Shown one piece after another: positions 60,595 through 64,000 of a DNA stretch of 64,000 nucleotides. The position numbers and the translations under genes are program-made. Position 1 is the stretch's first letter; every line of letters begins with the position of its first letter. The notes below the pieces were generated by a model. That model did not search any database, had not been told where the DNA came from, and saw only the letters and a list, made by a program, of their open reading frames with translations. Source of the stretch: Candidatus Riflebacteria bacterium HGW-Riflebacteria-2 (lineage in GTDB: Bacteria; Muiribacteriota; Ozemobacteria; Ozemobacterales; Ozemobacteraceae). Location of the stretch: assembly GCA_002839435.1 (NCBI GenBank), contig PGYA01000020.1:8312-72311 (forward strand), in the 5' to 3' direction.

Positions 60595-61936
60595 TTGATG
60601 TTTTCAAAAATTCTTGTCGCTAATCGCGGTGAAATCGCCGTTCGTGTTATCAGAACCTGTAAAAGAATGGGCATTGCAACAGTTGCAGTCTATTCTGAAG
60701 CTGACCAGAACGCATTGCATGTGCAGATGGCCGACGAAGCCTACTGCATTGGCCCGGCCCGCCCGGATCTGTCATATCTCAATATTCCGAATATTCTCTC
60801 TGTCGCCCACGCTTCGAACTGCGAAGCAATTCATCCCGGCTACGGCTTTCTCTCAGAAAACCCCAGCTTCGCTGAAATTGTCGAAAAATGCGGTTTTGTG
60901 TTTATCGGCCCCGAATATCGTGCCATAGAACGCATGGGTCAGAAGTCGGTGGCGCGTGACCTGATGATCAGATCTGGCGTACCGGTTATGCCAGGCTCGC
61001 AGGGCAGTGTGGAAGACGAACACGAAGCGCTTGAAATAGCCAGACAGATTGGGTTTCCTGTGCTGGTAAAGGCAACTTCGGGTGGCGGTGGAAAGGGCAT
61101 GCGTCTGGTTGAGCGTGAAGAAGATTTTAACAACCTGTTCCGCATGGCGCAGGGCGAAGCAGAGGCCTCATTTGCTGATAAGCGTGTCTATATCGAAAAA
61201 TACATGCGCAATCCACGACACATTGAAGTTCAGATTATCGGCGACCGCCACGGCAAGGTTGTGGCGCTTGGTGAACGCGAATGTTCGATACAGCGCCGCC
61301 ACCAGAAGCTGATTGAAGAATCGCCATCTCCGGCCGTCAGCCCGGATCTGCGCCGAGAACTTCCTGCTCGACAGCGATGGCAAGTTTTTCTTCATGGAAA
61401 TGAATACCCGCCTGCAGGTTGAACACCCGGTAACCGAAATGGTCTGCAACTATGATCTCGTCGAACTGCAGCTGCGCGTTGCCGCGGGCGAACACCTGCC
61501 GATCGAGGCGGATCTCGTCGAGCCCTACGGCTGGGCGATAGAGTGTCGTATCAATGCCGAAGACCCTGCCATGTCTTTTATTCCCTGTCCTGGCCGCATC
61601 GAAAAATATCTGGTGCCAGGTGGCCCATGGGTGCGCGTCGATTCAGCCGCATATCAGGATTACCTGATCAGCTCTAACTATGATTCGATGGTTGCCAAGC
61701 TGATAGCCTGGGGTCGAACCCGCGATGAAGCACTTGACCGCATGAGTGCCGCTTTGCGCGAATATGAAATAAAGGGCATCGAAACCACTATCCCCTTTCA
61801 CATTTACGTCATGAGTCACCCTGATTTCAGATCTGGTAACTTCTCGACCAGCTTTGTTGACAAGCATTTTGCGGCGTTCCTCAAAGATCTAAACGACAAC
61901 CTGCCAGTCGAGAAAGCAGTATCAGCAACCAGCTGA
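60595..61936 (+). pseudogene. accC: Biotin carboxylase (AccC) interrupted by an internal frame-shifting deletion
   Basis: ORF 60595..61422 matches AccC residues 1 to about 255 (ILVANRGEIAVRVIR, GGGGKGMR, ECSIQRRHQKLIEESPSP..DLRR). It then reads nonsense to a TGA. ORF 61313..61936, in the +1 frame, resumes at ENFLLDSDGKFFFMEMNTRLQVEHPVTEM and continues to the normal C-terminus. Confidence 0.8.
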
Positions 61937-61943
61937 GTCTCTG

Positions 61944-63194
61944 ATGAATCTGTTCAAACAGGAAACTCCCTTTCCGGCAAAGGTCTTGAGCGTTAATGAC
62001 CTCACCAGACATCTCAAGAGCCTGGTCGAGAACGACCGTCTGCTGGCCGGACTCTGGGTGCAGGGTGAGATATCCAATCTGGTTAAAGCCGCGTCAGGGC
62101 ATTGTTATTTTACCCTCAAAGACGATCAGGCCGTAATAAAGGCCGCTCTCTGGGCCGGTAACCGCCGAAAAATCGCGCATGACTTCAAAAATGGCGATTT
62201 TGTCATGGTGTTTGGTGCTCTCTCAGTGTATCCGCCGCGCGGCGAATACCAGATTGTCGTCAGCGATCTGCGCCCGGCCGGAATCGGTGCCCTGTATGAG
62301 GCTTATGAGAAGCTCAAGAAAAAACTGCAGGCGGAAGGCCTGTTCGATGCCGAGCGCAAACTCGACCTGCCGCTGATTCCGCGTGGCGTCGGCGTGGTGA
62401 CTTCGCCTCGGGGCGCCGTTGTGCAGGATATTTTTCGCGTAATCAGACGCAGATTCAGGAATATGCCGATTTACCTTGTGCCCGCCAAGGTACAGGGAGA
62501 AGGTGCCGCCGCCGAAATAGTCGCCGGCATCGAACGCCTGAATCAGGATGCCCGCGTCGATGTAATAATTGTCGCGCGTGGCGGTGGCAGTCTTGAAGAC
62601 CTCTGGTGCTTCAATGAAGAAGCGGTTGCCCGTGCGATCAGCGCCTCGCTCAAACCCGTTGTTTCGGCAGTCGGTCACGAAACCGATACGACAATCGCCG
62701 ACATGGTAGCCGACCGCCGTGCCGCAACCCCTTCGGTAGCAGGTGAACTGGTCGTTCCGGTTAAAGACGAACTTCTCGAACTGATTTCGCGTCAGGTCGG
62801 GCGTCTCAACCGGTCGATAAAGGGCATGCTGGCGCTGGCGCGTGAACGCTACCGCAGTGCCGCTTCCTGCCGGTTTCTCGTGAAACCATCGCTGATGGTG
62901 GCAGAACGCCGGGTTCGCGTAATGACGCTCAGCCGAGAGCTCGAATCTGGTTTCAAGCAGTTTGTGACAAGAGCGAAACATCGCTATGCCCTTGCCGCAT
63001 CGAGGTTGCAGGGTCTGAATCCACTGACATTGCTGAAGCGGGGCTATATTATGGCCATTGACAGCGAGGGCAGGGTGGTTAATTCAACTTCCGGACTGCA
63101 GCCTGAACAGGAAGTCAGCCTGTGCTTTGCCGACGGCACCGCCGCCGCCCGAATTATCAAAGTTAAAAAGGAGAGCGCCGATGCTGCGTCTTAA
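61944..63194 (+). CDS. xseA: Exodeoxyribonuclease VII large subunit
   Basis: 416 aa. N-terminal OB fold (LSVNDLTRHLKSLVE...LWVQGEISN), the GVVTSPRGAVVQD motif and ARGGGSLEDLW. Followed by xseB. Confidence 0.9.
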   Translation: MNLFKQETPFPAKVLSVNDLTRHLKSLVENDRLLAGLWVQGEISNLVKAASGHCYFTLKDDQAVIKAALWAGNRRKIAHDFKNGDFVMVFGALSVYPPRGEYQIVVSDLRPAGIGALYEAYEKLKKKLQAEGLFDAERKLDLPLIPRGVGVVTSPRGAVVQDIFRVIRRRFRNMPIYLVPAKVQGEGAAAEIVAGIERLNQDARVDVIIVARGGGSLEDLWCFNEEAVARAISASLKPVVSAVGHETDTTIADMVADRRAATPSVAGELVVPVKDELLELISRQVGRLNRSIKGMLALARERYRSAASCRFLVKPSLMVAERRVRVMTLSRELESGFKQFVTRAKHRYALAASRLQGLNPLTLLKRGYIMAIDSEGRVVNSTSGLQPEQEVSLCFADGTAAARIIKVKKESADAAS

Positions 63195-63471
63195 AGAAGA
63201 AGAAATTCTCGAATTGATAAAAATCACTCCCGAACAGGTTGAAAAGCTCGATTACGAAGCTGCCATGGCCAAGCTTGAAATGGTGACCGGTGCCCTTGAA
63301 CAGGAGGGCACGCCACTGGCGCTTGGTCTCAAACTGTATGAACTGGGCACGGCTTTGAGCAAAAAATGTGCAGCAGTGCTCGATTCGACCGAAGAAAAGA
63401 TGTTGCAGCTGCTTGGCGATATTCAGAACCAGTCTGAAGCTCCTTTTGACCCCGAGAAAGATGGCAGATGA
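63181..63471 (+). CDS. xseB: Exodeoxyribonuclease VII small subunit
   Basis: 96 aa starting at ATG 63181 (MLRLKEEEILE...). Contains the LDYEAAMAKLEMVTGALEQEGTPLALGLKLYELG pattern. It overlaps xseA by 14 nt. The track ORF from 63058 is an upstream extension inside xseA. Confidence 0.85.
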   Translation: MLRLKEEEILELIKITPEQVEKLDYEAAMAKLEMVTGALEQEGTPLALGLKLYELGTALSKKCAAVLDSTEEKMLQLLGDIQNQSEAPFDPEKDGR

Positions 63472-64000
63472 ACGGCCACGGCGAAAACTTCATCCAGGCG
63501 CTGAAAAGCATTTCCGAACGTGTCGATCGGGCGCTTGACCAGTGGTTGCCGCTCCCCGATGTTCATGCTTCCGGTCGCCTTAACGAAGCCGTACGCTACA
63601 GTGCCATGGCTGGCGGTAAACGCATCAGGCCGGCGCTTTGCCTGATGATTGCCGAAAGCAAAGGGGAACAAAGCGAAGCGGCTTTGCGTGCCGGTTGTGC
63701 TTTTGAGTTGATTCACGCTTATTCGCTGATTCATGACGATCTGCCAGCCATGGATGACGACGATTATCGGCGCGGCAAGCCGACAAACCACAAGGTTTTT
63801 GGCGAGGCCGTCGCCATTCTTGCTGGTGACAGCCTGCTTACGCTCGCATTCGCATGGTTCGCCGGGCTGGTGCAGCATGGTATCACAGCTGACAAGACCG
63901 TTGAAATTCTCGCACTGGCCGCGCAGGCGGCCGGGCATGCCGGAATGGTGGGCGGTCAGATGCTGGATCTGACCTACGAGCATCGCGAAACAGATCTGCT
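63468..64000 (+). CDS. ispA: Polyprenyl (farnesyl/geranylgeranyl) diphosphate synthase, 3' end outside window
   Basis: My own translation from ATG 63468, which overlaps the xseB stop as ATGA. Contains GGKRIRPALCLM and the first Asp-rich motif LIHDDLPAMDDDDYRRGKPT. Open to the window end. Fits the classic xseA-xseB-ispA order. Confidence 0.85.
   Translation, partial: MNGHGENFIQALKSISERVDRALDQWLPLPDVHASGRLNEAVRYSAMAGGKRIRPALCLMIAESKGEQSEAALRAGCAFELIHAYSLIHDDLPAMDDDDYRRGKPTNHKVFGEAVAILAGDSLLTLAFAWFAGLVQHGITADKTVEILALAAQAAGHAGMVGGQMLDLTYEHRETDL

Noticed and set aside
1-64000. Search by eye for CRISPR arrays, tRNA/rRNA genes, transposases, integrases, reverse transcriptases, toxin-antitoxin pairs and known defence-system hallmarks.
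   Set aside because: I saw no spaced direct repeats, no cloverleaf-like or rRNA-like segments in the intergenic regions (all 385 nt or shorter), and no ORF with DDE, tyrosine/serine recombinase, RT or nuclease-NTPase defence motifs. Visual inspection can miss small RNAs.

Overview
This 64-kb window looks like an uncultivated diderm bacterium: it has a secretin, a beta-barrel outer-membrane protein (OMP) ending in Phe, and a lipobox lipoprotein. The gene content resembles PVC or Omnitrophota-type genomes, but the taxon cannot be determined here. The window is almost fully coding, with about 58 CDS, mostly on the minus strand. All calls come from reading the ORF translations and the DNA by eye and from recalled family motifs. 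No searches were run.

**(1) A type II secretion / type IV pilus-like machine, in separated pieces.**
- Secretin, PilP-like, PilO-like, a PilM-PilN fusion and a GspG-like pseudopilin lie at 1.4-7.5 kb.
- PilB/GspE and PilC/GspF lie at 19.0-22.0 kb.
- A minor-pseudopilin operon ending in a 776-aa GspK/PilX-like giant lies at 43.5-47.0 kb.
- Two tandem Flp pilin genes lie at 36.1-36.7 kb.

**(2) Three visibly A+T-rich islands (about 7.6-19.0, 31.4-36.0 and 52.0-59.9 kb) that hold almost only glycosylation genes.**
- They contain four DPM1/GtrB-like polyprenol-phosphate-sugar synthases, two of them fused to a methyltransferase, plus a further GT2.
- They contain at least eight large GT-C-type membrane proteins. 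One looks like an archaeal-type STT3/AglB oligosaccharyltransferase with a degenerate WWDYG motif.
- They also contain a B12-binding radical SAM enzyme, a methyltransferase and an LtaS-like transferase.

**(3) Housekeeping genes.** These are nagZ, a DUF1343/NamZ-like gene, a Memo-like gene, a NUDIX hydrolase, accB-accC and xseA-xseB-ispA.

**(4) Repeat and regulator proteins.** These include TPR and HEAT proteins, a SpoIIE/PP2C phosphatase, an orphan CheR-like methyltransferase and a PrsW-like protease.

I saw no rRNA, tRNA, CRISPR array, transposase or integrase.

**Best candidate for something undescribed.** A polyprenol-phosphate-dependent periplasmic glycosylation system is wedged into, and co-oriented with, the pilus/T2SS genes. 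It comprises the AglB-like OST, the radical SAM enzyme, the GT-C paralogues and the GT2-methyltransferase fusions.

**Also notable.**
- accC carries an internal frame-shifting deletion.
- accB lacks the canonical biotinyl-lysine motif.
- A conserved 30-33-nt stem-loop element follows two minus-strand genes.
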